A stretch of 64,000 bases of DNA from Eledone cirrhosa. Taxonomy: Eukaryota. Position numbers and translations under genes: made by a program. The notes under the pieces were generated by a model, which saw only the letters and a program-made list of their open reading frames with translations, searched no databases and was not told the DNA's origin. The DNA is taken from NCBI GenBank assembly GCA_964016885.1, contig OZ024743.1, positions 231,818,001 to 231,882,000 on the forward strand. Reading direction: 5' to 3'. This document shows, piece by piece, positions 12,165-25,809 of this stretch (positions are counted from its first letter, which is position 1; every line of letters starts with the position of its first letter).

Positions 12165-14969
12165 AATGAATAATAACAGGTAGACATCATAAAAAGGTAG
12201 TTTATTCCGTGTGCTTACAAGTGTTTCCACGGTGGTACTGCAGCCTAGTTCCGCTACGTGCAAATTCACAAGTATTTGCAGAACTCGAATATCCAATGCT
12301 ATCACTACATCTTGGATAATCCTATACCTAATATATATATATATATATATATATTATATACACTTATACATTTATATATATATTCGATGTATGTTTAATA
12401 GCTTTCAAAGTTAATCTTGATTCAATTTTAGCTGAATCTATTTGTAAATAACTTAGTTATGGTCTGCTTCAGCAAGAATCACATAACTGATTCTTAGATC
12501 TCTGCTTAAACCATTCTCCTAAGAATTTATCCACGAGGAAACATTATCTGTATTCTACTGCATTTTGCTATTCACCATTATATTGTTCATTCTAAAGTTC
12601 AATGCTATCTAGATGCGACACTTTTCAGAAACAATCAAGCTAATTTTACTTATTCCTCAAAACCACCCAATATTTTTTAACGAGAGAAATAAACATGTAA
12701 ATGCAGAGAGAATATAAAGGGACAGAGAGTGGGAGAACGTAAATAAGTTGTTCATGGATCCTAATTTCACTAATTTTCGCACAGGGAGCAGGGGGTTAAA
12801 TCGGGCACACACCGAATCAGATAATTATAAAAATCCCTCATAATACTGCCTGTTGAGATAACCTGATTAAATTGAACATCATTGAAATTTTTCACATTTC
12901 CTTCTAGTGCATATCATGAGTCTTTCATGATAGATATAAAAATATTGAGCTCAACCTTCGGTCTCCTACTGGATGTGGTGGAACTAAAAAAACTTAAATA
13001 TTATGAAAAGGAAATGCAGCAATCCGTTCAAATTAATTTACCTTTAAGAAAACCAAATATTATATCTTGTAAAAAAGCAAAGGAAAAGAGCTGGTCGTCA
13101 TTGGTTCTTCCATTGTTGATACTATCTATTGTGACAATTCCTAGCGAAAATTATTGGAAATTGAACTCAGGACCTACACAGCCGGATCAGCATCTTCGAC
13201 TGTTTATTAATTGCTTCAATACAACGCAGGGCTATCATCTTAATTATCGATCCTGGAATGTTCTCAATGTATTTAGAACATAGAACACAGTCAAATGAAA
13301 CCAATCCCAACGTCTCTGGCAATTCAGCTCCTGGTACAAGAACCAAGTATATATATCGACATATGAATGTATACATCTCTGCTAAGTCATTCAGTTCTGA
13401 AATAAATAGAAAATAAGGCATCAACTTACAATATTGGCAAACAAATTGCATTCGTTCTAAGTACCACCTCTCTCCCTCTCTCTCTCACACACATTCTCTC
13501 TCTATTTCTCTATCTCTATCACATTCTTTTTCAGTCTTATGAAAAAAAAAACAATTTCATAAAGATTCACTGATTCTTTCAGTTATTCACAAAGAATGAA
13601 TTAAAGGTGAGTAACACCTGATTACCCAAATTTTGAAATCACATATACAAATGCAATTCTATAAATTTAAGGGATGATAAAGACATTAATTTAGAGAGAA
13701 TTTCTTCTATCTTTTCAAGTTACATCAAGTGAAACTACGATTCAAAAACCAAAATCGAAGCGTTTTGTGGAAGCTCGTACTTGATCAAGACGACCATGTT
13801 AGGAAAATAATCTTCAAATCCACATCTTAAATCACGTCTTTAAATAGGGAAATACACAATATAAAGCATATAGAAATACGAAACATGCTTAACTTCCACG
13901 AAAACATTTTGGGCGTAAATTTGATATTTGCATCAGTTATTCTTCCAACCAAGCTGTGCTGCTCAAATAATATATTGCAAACAATACCAGGTTTCATACC
14001 TACCCCTCATTTTTCACAAGCGAATACAGTAAGTATCTGTTTGACGCTAGTTGTGAAAAAGCTGTTATGGATTAAGACTTCCAGATAAAGTATGAACACC
14101 GACACATACACACACGCGCGCATGGATCGGCACTCATATATATATATACATGTGTGTGTGAATGTGTGTGCATCAGCGTGTGTGTGTGAGTGCACTTGAG
14201 TGCGTTTGGTTGTCTGTGTATGTATGTATGTGTACGTGTGTTTTTCTGTAGACAGACATAAACTTGTATCGTTTGTTTTGTTTTTTTTTCAGCAGATTAC
14301 AAGACAGGAAAACGAATGAAAGCAATAGAAAAGTCATGGAGACAAGTATAAGCGACAGTTGAAAAACGACAACTAATCTTATAAAGCTGGATGTCTTTAT
14401 TGGACTTTCTATAATCGTGTTTGATTTTAACTATAAAATGCAAATATAGAGGATTAGCTTGTAAAAATCAGACACAAGCAAGTGTAAGTAACATTGTTTA
14501 AAATTATGCTTTTATTTCGGCACAAAGGTAATAGAATCAATGCAGAATACTGTGTATGCGAAATATTTACTCTTTGTAATTTCGGCTTTCATCTTCATCT
14601 TACCCAAGTTTGGAAATTAATGCAGCTGCGATGTGATATAAGTGAAATCCTACGTTAACGTATACACAGGATCAACCATTATATAGTGGCAACGTATCGA
14701 CAATATACTAATGCAATCTTTCAAGGAAAAGAGCTTTCGTAAATATTACCTGAATGGGAATTAACTATGAGGAATATAGCAATAAATTCTACCGGAAAAA
14801 TAACTCCATGACAAAATTGTCACAAAAGAAAATCCTCACCGGAATATATTCCCACCCCTACATGATAAAAACCACACATAGTAAAACGTTGAACACAATC
14901 TAATTGCACTTTTCAATGGCCAACATTATAGAATATGAAATACCAAATAAGAAAAGAAGACACGAAAAT

Positions 14970-15440
14970 CCCGGGACTTGATCGACTGCTTCCGCTTTGT
15001 TTCGGTCACTGTCGAGACCTCGGCGTCCTCGGGCCCAGTACAGCCGAGCTCCGCCACAAAATCGATACGGCAGCAGCCCGTCTTGGAAAGGAGCCCGGTG
15101 AGGTAGAGTGACTGTTACAACGGGTTTCAGTGGCCATTGTCAACGAAAATACCTTTACAATTTTGCCCGTAGAGAATAGCCGAAAACCCCGCTATGACCT
15201 ATTTGTAAAATGTGCCATCCTCACCGCTTCCCCATTTCTATCTACCGTTGCCTAATATCCCTTGTTCTTCCCCTCCTTTCCTCACATTTATGGCATTTAT
15301 AGTCCTTTATTTTACTTTCCTATACAGCCAGATCTGCTTTATTTTACCGCTTCCCTTTCCCGCCTTTTTTCATTTCTTGCTTTTATATATATGCTTTAGA
15401 ATATGTTCATCATTGTATAACTTTTGCTCAATAAATATTA
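14970..15440 (+). mobile_element. 3' fragment of a CRE-like RLE retrotransposon
   Basis: With one frameshift it reads RDLIDCFRFVSVTVETS/VLGPSTAELRHKI...GKEPGEVE*LLQRVSVAIVNENTFTIL, followed by a pyrimidine-rich 3' UTR and AATAAA. Confidence 0.65.
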
Positions 15441-15741
15441 TTCTAACAAAACAACCATATTATATATTCACATTCTGTTTTAGATCTCACTCTGTATGGC
15501 ATTTGTTTGGTTCAGGTGGATGTTTTGTCATAAGGGATTTGGTCCAATGATGATTTAGCCCAGTGGAATTGTCTGCATTGCATTCTGTGCCAGGTGTTTT
15601 TTTTCCGTGAGGTTTTTGTCATGAACATAAATAATGAGGCACACACTCCAACGTTACATCTGGGCTCATGTAGGAAAGAATTCTCGCCTAAGTACATAAT
15701 GCACAGCTATGTATATAACTCTCCCCCCTCTATCTCTCTCC

Positions 15742-15795
<54 letters not shown>

Positions 15796-16016
15796 ATCTA
15801 ACCTTCTTCTATTTTGGTTGCTTTGGTGTATGATGTGGCTAGGCCCTCTTGCCGCAGTTTTCAATGTGTCACGTTATCTAACGTATGAGCCTACCGACTC
15901 ATCGATACATCCTTATCGAGTGGTTGTGTGCAAACCTAATTGTATCTCGTTAGCTTGGCCGCCGCCATAACTTCGATTTTACTAAACTTCCATATATATA
16001 TATATATATATACATA

Positions 16017-16905
16017 TCTATATATATAAAACTGTGGTTGTCTGTCTGTCTATCGATTTTTGGCACACATCTCCTCTTAGAATCTCTCACGGAATTGCAC
16101 CGAAATTGCTATACTTCTACATTGAGCCCTAGCGAAAACATCGGAAAAAAAAAATTTCAAATTGACCAACCCTATGTGACGAAATCGAATATAATGTATC
16201 GATTTTTGAGCGTAAGTTATCAGTTATTTCCCTTTGTTCTGTTTACATTGAGCGTCTTACGTAAAAAATTACGCTCGCTTTCTCAGCGTTTCGAACAGTT
16301 GTCGAGCCAGCAAAATATTGACCTGCAAAATTCATCAGTTCGAACACTAAGCTTCCGTTTTGCTTCATTTCCATTTAAAAGCATTTTAAAACAATATTTT
16401 TACTTGAAAACAAGTCTATTTAAAGACTACGTAAAACAAGCAAATATTTCGTCGTTAGGCGTGCAGACAGACAGTCGTGCAGACAGACAGTCGTGCAGAG
16501 AGGTGATATAGGCGTGCAGACAGACAGTCGTGCAGAGAGGTGATATAGGCGTGCAGACAGACAGTCGTGCAGAGAGGTGATATAGGCGTGCAGACAGACA
16601 TAACTGATAATTTGGTTACGCTAATGTTTTTCTCTGCGTTGCAGTGTTTACATTTTCGATCTTTGTTAATAAATAACCAGTGCAGTTTCTATCCCCAGCA
16701 TCCTCTTTTGTTATAACATTCGGGTTATCGTTATGTTTTCTTAACTTCATAAGGCATATTGTTGGTTGAGGGAATATTAATCAAAAACACCACAAGCAAG
16801 TCTGCACAGTAGACACTACAGTTTTTAAGCCAAGAAAGAAACTTAACATTGTAACGTTAACACAGCTACTGAGCGACCCCGAGCAACGCCGGGCTTTACT
16901 GCTAG
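16017..16905 (+). mobile_element. Non-autonomous Helitron with internal 37-bp minisatellite (16457-16600)
   Basis: 5' TCTATATATATAAAACTG, 3' CCCGAGCAACGCCGGG hairpin then CTAG, A|T target site. Confidence 0.8.
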
Positions 16906-16954
16906 TATATATATATAAGTGTGTGTGTGTGTGTGTGTGTGAAACATCTCAAAT

Positions 16955-17325
16955 ACTTGATCGACTGAACCAAGGTGATGCCCCACCACGCCTGCACTCC
17001 GCAATATCGGAGCGTCGGCGGCCCATCTGAGGAGGGAGCTCCGCGATGTTGGGTGGCTGTTACAGTGGGTGTCACCGGCCATCGCACTGGGGAGAATTTT
17101 TGCCGTCTTGTGAGCGGGACGCAGCACACTACTGATCCCTTGTCCTAGTCCCAAAGGCTCCCTCCACACCTTTCCCCTTCAGACCTCCCCTCTCTTCTGC
17201 GTTCTTTTTCATATTTCATTCTCTGTTTATTTTTTCTATATTTCCCTATTCTTTCTTTCCTATTGAACCAGCCCCTTTTTTTCTTACTAAATAAGGTTTG
17301 TTTTTTGCTTATGAATAAATTTTGA
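16955..17325 (+). mobile_element. Second decayed CRE-like 3' fragment (related to 14970-15440)
   Basis: Shares ACTTGATCGACTG and reads LRNIGASAAHLRRELRDVGWLLQWVSPAIALGRIFAVL*. Confidence 0.55.
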
Positions 17326-17802
17326 AATGATTCATAAAAAAATCTAACAACAGTAATCAGTAAAAGAACAAACGAATTACGTTCTCTATGTATACAAACA
17401 TATTGTATTTATATATCCTATAAAGTATTCTTGATGCACTATATAAGAGTAAATGTCGGACAAATTAAAGATATAATTTGTTAGATAATTATTGATTTAT
17501 ATTAATCTTGTCTAGATTTGAATTTATATTTCATTTTGATTTGAAATTAACGTTGAACCAGATTCTATCAGTTGAATTGTATATGAAGTGATTATATCAT
17601 TTTAACTGTTGTTTATTTTGTTAAAGACAATCATTATTTATTATGTATGTATGTATGCATGTATGTGTGTATGTATGTATGTATGTATGTATGTATGTAT
17701 GTATGTATTATGTATGTGAGTGTGTGATGTATGTATGTGTATGAATGTACGTATGTATGCATTAAGTATGCATGCTTATATATATATATATATATACCTT
17801 TC

Positions 17803-17842
<40 letters not shown>

Positions 17843-17977
17843 TACAGAGAGATGCTTATATATATATATATATATAATGAATCAGTTCTAGTCCCGTAGA
17901 AGCCATTTCTTTCTCTCTCTCTCTCTCGCTGTATATATATATACAGAGAGAGCGAGAGAGAGAGAGAGAGAGAAATG

Positions 17978-18072
17978 GCTTCTACAGGACTAGAACTGTT
18001 GCATTCCGAGGAAATCATCAGGAAGCTTCCTATGATTTCTCCCGAATGAAACAGTTCTCGTCCTGTAGAAGC
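17978..18072. ncRNA. Back-to-back pair of Type I hammerhead motifs (17978-18026 minus, 18025-18072 plus) sharing a palindromic hinge
   Basis: Consensus is GCTTC CTGATGA T TTCC TC GGAA T GAAA CAG TTCTAGTC CTG TA GAAGC. The minus copy has GCAA for GAAA, and the plus copy lacks the first G of the core. Confidence 0.65.
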
Positions 18073-18171
18073 TATTTCTATATTAAATATTTATAGTCTG
18101 CTATGGATTGAGTACCTTACTTACTGGGGTTACCCCCGATTGAACCCGGGATAAATTTATATATACATATA

Positions 18172-18578
18172 TAGTGAAAACAATGAAATTAAATAAAATA
18201 CGGGTAATTCATAGTAAAACTCATTATTTTACGATCCTTTCTGGGGGGTAGTTCTCCGTATGTTCATTCTATTAGTGATATATGTAAAATATATTACAAA
18301 TTATCAAAGTAAGAAAATATACATAGGTCGTCCCTGCCCGCCTTCTTCAGAAATAATTATTTCTGTAGGGAAGACGTATGTATATTTTATGATGAGTGTT
18401 ACTATGAATTAACCGTATTTTGTTTAATTTCATTGTTTTCACTATTTGTATTATTTTCACTCTGCTTCCAATGAATTATATCGTTTAAATTTTGTATTTT
18501 AAACTTTGCTTCAAGACATCATCTACATACGGATTACATTGCGTTCTTCATGGACCCTACTATTGATTGGTGGATTTA

Positions 18579-18672
<94 letters not shown>

Positions 18673-18826
18673 TACACAGATAAACCCACCAATCAATGGT
18701 AGGGTCCAAGCCGTATGAAGAACTCAATGTAATCCATATGTAGATGATGTCTTGAAGCAAAGTTTAAAATACAAAATTTAAACGATATAATTCATTGGAA
18801 GCAGAGTCAAAATAATACAAATAGTG
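18172..18826. repeat. Family E zig-zag inverted repeats (18172-18226 vs 18389-18444; 18440-18583 vs 18675-18826 around (TA)n)
   Basis: Hinge CAGAAATAATTATTTCTG at 18348-18365. Shares ATTATTTCTGAAGA.GGCG and TACATTGAGTTCTTCATACGG with the PLE terminus at 56110-56445. Confidence 0.8.
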
Positions 18827-18833
18827 TATTTTC

Positions 18834-18879
<46 letters not shown>

Positions 18880-19405
18880 TGTATATATATATACATTGTA
18901 TATATATAGCCGTTGATGAGTAAGAAGAACTACTGCATATGAGAAGATTACACCTTTCCAGAACACAATACTTTTACAATCTTATTCAGCAGTTTAAAGA
19001 GGAGATTCATACCATCTACTTTTATTTCCAACGTTTGCTGAATTGTAAGAATGAGGCGTCGGAATTACAATTCAATATATTTTATTTAAATTCAGGCGTA
19101 AAACTTGTCTCACAAATTAATAGTTCTGAGCCCAAAATGGTTGCGTAATAGAGTGATAGCATGTACCTGTTCTAGTGGAGTCTGCAGAGCGGCAGGTGAA
19201 CAATTCGAATGAAGAATGTACATTTATATTAAAGAATCACTCCGTAACCATTTGTAGCTCTGCCCATTTCGAAACACGTTTTAGGCGTATTTACAAATAA
19301 TATACTGAATTGAAACTTCAAACTCTCATTCTTATAGAGTGGGTAATAGGAACGAGTAGGACCCCGACGGCTGAGCTCAAGCCGTTTCGACGGCTAATTC
19401 TGGAC

Positions 19406-19458
<53 letters not shown>

Positions 19459-19772
19459 CTTGTAAGCTTTATGCACTTATTGAGGGATTTTTTAAGGTGC
19501 TTCTACGAGATCCCAAGTCTTTTACTTTTAATGCGTAAATTATAAATTATCTAATTTTTAACCTTCAATCCCTGACTCTTAGGCCATTTTCAAATTCTCT
19601 TAACTCCCCATAACCCATTTATTTTACAATTCCGACAACTAATATAAAAAAGCCCCCTTAGAATATAGACACCAAATATAGAAGCGGAGCTGTTGATGTA
19701 TACCACAATTTCAAACTGCTAGTCTTAAGTGATACGTTGATGTAAATAATGAACTTACAATCACATGTTATA

Positions 19773-19819
19773 TGCCTTGAAAAGTCCCACCATATTGTCG
19801 GACGAAACGGCCGTCGGCA
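19773..19819 (+). ncRNA. Type I hammerhead motif, U3-A8 variant core
   Basis: TGCC TTGAAAA GTCC CACCATATTGTC GGAC GAAA CGGCCG TC GGCA. All three stems are intact, stem III is palindromic, triplet is GUC. Confidence 0.7.
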
Positions 19820-19857
19820 ATAAACTTGTTATAATGTCATAATAGTTCCTTTGTTCT

Positions 19858-19930
<73 letters not shown>

Positions 19931-19934
<4 letters not shown>

Positions 19935-20214
19935 AAAAAAATGTAATTTCAATTCTCACTCGTAGTACGGGTGATACTTAAATATAAGTATGTATACGTA
20001 CATACATATATGTATACAGACATACAGTAGTATATATATACAGTAGTATGTATATACATGCACATATATATATGTACGTTTGGGTTTACCGAACATTGAT
20101 AAATATTGCCCGATTTGTTTGTAAACAAACAGCCCGAATAAGCAGCCGTACAGCGTTCGGCAACCACCGTTGCCATTTTGTTCAACACTGACAAAGGAAC
20201 GATGAACTAGTTTC
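19931..20214 (-). repeat. Family A copy, 5'-truncated inside the HHR
   Basis: Diverged homologue of 271-538. Similarity stops at GAAACTAGT. Confidence 0.75.
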
Positions 20215-21800
20215 TATTTTTAGCGCCACGAGTATGAGACAAGCTAGGCGCTGTGACACATGTGCGTTCAACAACACATTTCTCTCAGTCTTCTTAAGTA
20301 TTTTGAAGTGAAACTTACCAATTTCTGGATACCTGCAGAAGAGCACAGGAATAGGAACATCAGCCCCGTATATATATGTGTGTGTGTGTGTGTTTGTGTA
20401 TGAGGCTGTGTGTCTCTGTGTGTATGGAGGTGTCTGTGTGTGTGTATGTGGTGGAGGGGGGGGGGACAGGGGGGGGGGGCTGTTTGTGTATCTGTTTATA
20501 GAGAAGAACCTTAAGGGATATGAAGCACTTAATGTAGCATTTTATGGTACCTTTTGTTTTTGCCTCCGTCAATTGTGTGACCTCAGTTCAAACATTCCCT
20601 ACAGTATTTGATCATAACAAAATTTACTTCGAAATTTTAAGTTAGCGTTTATCGAGTGTACTAAATTATTAACAAAGGATGAAGTGTTGCTTCTTTTATT
20701 TATTATTTCATTACAATGTATTTTGAGAGCTGCAGGAATTTTGTGAATTGTTCTGCCCTCAGCAGTAATGAAATTTTGCAGCTTCATATCTCATCAAAAT
20801 CGTTCGCGTTTTCAACATGTTCAAAGATATAGCTTCTTTTCAATTCCTAATCAGAATTTATCAACTATTTATTGGTCAACATATTCTAATTTCTCAAATA
20901 AAAGGAACAAGTATTTTCCCTTTATATATATATTTATGTATAAAGACTATTTGAGTTTATAACTCTATATATACTATTCTCGGCTCCAAACGTTCAACAA
21001 CACATTTCTCTCAGTCTTCTTAAGTATTTTGAAGTGAAAATTACCAATTTCTGGATACCTGCAGAAGAGCACAGGAATGGGAACTTTCACTTAATTGTTG
21101 CGAAACAAATTAAAAATTTGTCCTGGTATCACGGCTATTGCCAATATGTTTGTTTTTATTGATTTATTATTTTAAATCGAGACAGGCAAACCGTATTATT
21201 TTAATTAGTATTTCAAATCTAGCAAACTTGGTCATTTGCAATGCAAACACATGTATACTTGTATCAGTGTTTATCGCTATCATATATTCATTTGTATTAC
21301 ACGGCTCAGAAATATTCCTTTTTTTAGCTATTTAATTGTAAAAGACTATTTGAGTTTATAACTCTATATATAATATTCTCGGCTCCATACGTGAGCTAAT
21401 TTTTAGTCCAATAAAACCGGCTGCTATTTTTAGCGGCACGAGTATGAGACAAGCTAGGCGCTGTGACACATGTGCGTTCAACAACACATTTCTCTCAGTC
21501 TTCTTAAGTATTTTGAAGTGAAACTTACCAATTTCTGGATACCTGCAGAAGAGCACAGGAATAGGAACTTTCACTTAATTGTTGCGAAACAAATTTAAAA
21601 TTTAAAATTTAAAATTTGTCCAGGTATCACGGCTATTGCCAATATATGTTTTGTTTTTATTGATTTATTATTTTAAATCGAGACAGGCAAACCGTATTAT
21701 TTTAATTAGTATTTTTCAATCTAGCTAACTTGGTCATTTTCAATGCAAACACATGTATACTTGTATCAGTGTTTATCCCTATCATATATTCATTTGTATA
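20215..21800. repeat. Local duplications of a ~484-bp unit (partial 20215-20358; 20942-21340; 21341-21800)
   Basis: CGTTCAACAACACATTTCTCTCAG occurs at ~20266, 20991 and 21475. Confidence 0.85.
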
Positions 21801-22445
21801 TTTATGTATATACATTTATTTTGGATATATTTGAAATGATTGTGGCATACATCCTGCAAATTCCTTATATTTTCAGCTTATGGCTTTATTTTCTATAACA
21901 CATCATTATGCATCAGGTCCATTCCTTAAATTTTAATTTTTTGTCAAATATTATTCTCATATCCCTGCAATGTTTAGGTCAAAAATAAATGTTCAATATA
22001 TTTTCGTAGTAGTGTATATGTAATAAGAACTTTGTCGCATAATAAGAACAGTCTGACTTTCACGACGAACATATAAATCCAATTAGCAATACATTTGACC
22101 ACCTCCAGCTGCAATAAGATGTCAAAATACTTCGAACGAAGGGATACAATAACCTTTCCTCAAGTATGCACTACTTCTCAGACTATACGAATTGACATTT
22201 AAAGTGAATTAGGGATATAACTACTTCAATTAAATTAAACCTACACATATTTTAAACATGTTCAAACATTCATTCAAAATATACTTCAATCACAACGCAA
22301 CCAGCATGAATTCTGCAAAGTACCAAATACACACTATCATCCAAATTATGAAAATTCAACTAACAATAATAGCAATATTAATAATTTTCTAGTTTTGGCA
22401 CAAGGCATTACTGGTGCATTACTGGTGCTTTATGTTATCGACCCC

Positions 22446-23090
22446 GGATCTGTGGAGAGAGAGAAGAGACTGCGGCTCACATCGTATCCAAGTGTAAACA
22501 CCTAGCCCCGACTCACTATAAAGGCTGGAAACATGATACAATAGGAAAGGTGATCCAATGACATTTATGCAAACTGAATAATTTAACACATTCTGAGAAG
22601 TGGTATGAGCACAAGCCAGAGTCGGTGATAGATAACGATCAGGTGAAGGTGCTATGGGAGTTCAGGATACAGACAAACAAGAAATAAAAACACAATAGGT
22701 CTGACCTGGTGGTTTTTTAGAAGGAAAAAATATCGTTCCTGGTTGTAGATGTAGCCTCCTCCATTGACACAAGAGTGCAAGAAAAGGAGAGGGAGAAAAT
22801 TAACCGATACCAGGATTTAAAGAGGGATTTAAAAAGGATTTTGTACTGCTATGAGATCAAGGTCGTCCCGACTGTCATACGAGCACTAGGTACTGTTTCA
22901 AAGAGTTTTCAAATGTGGTTAAAGAACATTAGTCCAGCCCTGTTTTTTGAAACACTTCAAAAGGCATGCTTGCTGGGAACAGCAAGAAGCCTCCGATACG
23001 TGCTGAATATCTGAGACTGCAGGTAGTGGCTTGATGTTCATTTGAACAAACTTTACAGTTAAATAACATCAATGACTGAAACTCCAAGAG
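22446..23090 (+). mobile_element. 5'-truncated R4/Dong-type LINE (RLE domain) with (CAA)/(TAA)n tail
   Basis: Homologous to 29893-30532 and encodes KEREKINRYQDLK...LQKACLLGTARSLRYVLNI. Confidence 0.9.
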
Positions 23091-23117
23091 CAACAGCAAC
23101 ACAACAACAACAACTAC

Positions 23118-23211
<94 letters not shown>

Positions 23212-23213
<2 letters not shown>

Positions 23214-23914
23214 TTTCTTTATTAACCACAAGGGTTTACATAAAGTAGACATTAAGGACAGTGCAGGACAATGCAGGACGGTACAAATGGGCATTTCTGC
23301 GTGTAAAAAACAAAAACAGAGGATGTAACAATAAATAACAATGAAAAATTCCCCAATAGGGGGGAGACTTCGGAGGGACATTTGTGGAGAAAGCCCAGTA
23401 AAAAGCCACAATGACCCTGACCACCAAGGCAAGTGCCCTCTCCCAGTTTTCCACCTTTAATTTACAGATATATACTCAGAGTATTCATTCGGGCCATTCT
23501 TGCTTCTCTCACCCATCTTTCAACAAAATGCTGGGAAGAGAGCACTTCCCTCTCTACTCTGATTTTCCTTTTCAAATGAAATTTGAAAAAGTCAATCAGA
23601 GCATCACCGACGAGGTAAGTGCTCGTCTTCAGCCCTTTCAAACGTGTCCACCATACTATCTCTTTCGCCATGGCCACCAGACAGATAAAAACTGCCTGCC
23701 CTTCCCGGCTGAAGGAGGAGGGCGGGGCAATCCTCACGATGGACTCAGATGATAGCCGGATCCGTCCTAAACGCGACAGCAGGTGTTCGACATAAACCCA
23801 CAAGTCAGCAATTTTCGGACACTGGACGAGTGCGTGCAGGACGGTTTCGTCGCCCTGCGCGCATCTCGGACATGCCCGGCTGACGGCACCTCCATGCCTG
23901 TAGAGTTTATCCCG
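23212..23914 (-). mobile_element. 5'-truncated L1/Tx1-clade LINE 3' end inside (TAA)n
   Basis: ORF2 C-terminal CPRCAQGDETVLHALVQC zinc motif and a 3' UTR with AATAAA. Both ends abut TAA repeats. Confidence 0.8.
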
Positions 23915-23928
23915 AATAATAATAATAA

Positions 23929-24665
23929 TTGAAAAATTGAGCAAGTATAAGGACCTGGAGATAGAAATTGGAAAAATGTGGAAATTGAGAACTAAAACAA
24001 TACCGGTGGTTGTAGGCGCTCTAGGAATGATACCTAAGGGGTCTAACGACTACTTATCGCAAATCCCAGGAAACCCGCGTATAGGAGAAATACAAAAGAT
24101 AGTACTAATGGGAACTGCCCATATACTAAGGAAGATCCTGTCAATATTAGTACATCACAAGTCTAAACACTAAGGATGCATTTGTGAATATGTATGTTCT
24201 TTCTTGAACATGGCGGACCTTGTTGTCTCTTGAGGTCACTGGTTGTGACTTGGTGATAACTCGTATGAACATAAAGCAAGATAAATGCAAATAATAATAA
24301 TAATAAAAATTGAGCAAGTATAAGGACCTGGAGATAGAAATTGGAAAAATGTGGAAATTGAGAACTAAAACAATACCAGTGGTTGTAGGCGCTCTGTGAA
24401 TGATACCTAAGGGGGCTAATGATTACTTATCGCAAATCCCAGGAAACCCGCGTATAGGAGAAATACAAAAGATAGTACTAATGGGAACTGCCCATATACT
24501 AAGGAAGATTCTGTCAATATAAGTACATCACAAGTCTAAACACTAAAGATGCATGTGTGAGTATGTATGTTCTTTCTTGAACATGGCGGACCTTGTTGTC
24601 TCTTGAGGTCACTGGTTGTGACTTGGTGATAACTCGTATGAACATAAAGCAAGATAAATGCAACT
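23929..24665 (+). mobile_element. Tandem 373-bp duplication of the 3' end of a second R4-like RLE LINE family
   Basis: Encodes EKLSKYKDLEIEIGKMWKLRTKTIPVVVGALG...IQKIVLMGTAHILRKIL. The copies are offset 373 bp (23937 and 24310) and each is followed by (TAA)n. Confidence 0.85.
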
Positions 24666-24754
<89 letters not shown>

Positions 24755-25570
24755 TAGTACCTTCTTTGAGAAAACTGAATTTAGAGATCCACAGACATGG
24801 AACTGGTTGAAAAGAGGAGACCTTAAAAAGGCTACAGAAGGAATATTAATGGCTGCGCAGGAGCAGGCCCTCAAAGCGAAGTGGTTGAAACACCACATTT
24901 ACAAGGAGGAGGCTAGCCCACTGTGCAGGATCTGTGGAGAGAGAGAGGAGACTGTGGCTCACATTGTATCCGAGTGTAAACACCTAGCCCAGACTCACTA
25001 TCAGGGCTGGAGACATGATGTGATGGGCAGGGTGATCCACTGGCACCTATGCAAAGTAAACAACTTACCACATTCTGAGAAGTGGTATGAGCATAAGCCA
25101 GAGGCGGTGATAGAAAACGATCAGGTGAAGGTGCTGTGGGATTTTAGGATACAGACGGACAAGAAACTGGAACACAATAGACCTGACCTGGTGGTTTTGG
25201 ACAAAGAATATAAATCGTGCCTGATTGTGGATGTGGCCTGCCCATTCGACACGTGGGTGCAAGAGAAGGAGAGAGATAAATTTAATCGATACCAGGACTT
25301 AAAGTGGGAGGTAAAAAGGATTTGGAACTGCCATGAAGTCAAAGTGATCCCGATTGTCATAGGCGCACTAGGGACTATCTCAAAATGTTTCCAGGGATGG
25401 TTAAAGAAAATTGGCCCCTTCACGCTTTTTGGAACGCTTCAAAAGGCATGCTTTCTGGGAACAGCAAGCAACCTCCGATACGTCCTGAATATCTGAGGCT
25501 GCAGGTAGTGGCTTGATATTGATTTAAATAAACTTTCCAGTTAACTAACATCAATGACTGAGACTCAAAG
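24755..25570 (+). mobile_element. 5'-truncated R4/Dong-type LINE with open CCHC + RLE region (ORF 24807-25496)
   Basis: CRICGEREETVAHIVSEC, RHD and NRPDLVVLDK...IVDVACP...KE..K motifs, with (TAA)n on both sides. Confidence 0.92.
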
Positions 25571-25579
25571 ATTAATAAC

Positions 25580-25639
<60 letters not shown>

Positions 25640-25809
25640 GCATATGGTGGATATATATCGTTATGGAATCGCTCCCGTAAGTTTTTGATTTTTACTTCTT
25701 TAAAACAACTGTAATAGAATAATTTTGTATTATACATTTTATATTCAAAAAAGAAAATGGTTATAAATGGAAGAAAACCCCCTCTGACTACACTATATAG
25801 AACAGTCAA

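Noticed and set aside
12882-13451. Possible host exons (133 aa and 94 aa ORFs)
   Set aside because: No recognisable domain or supportable splice structure; small exons cannot be excluded without RNA data.
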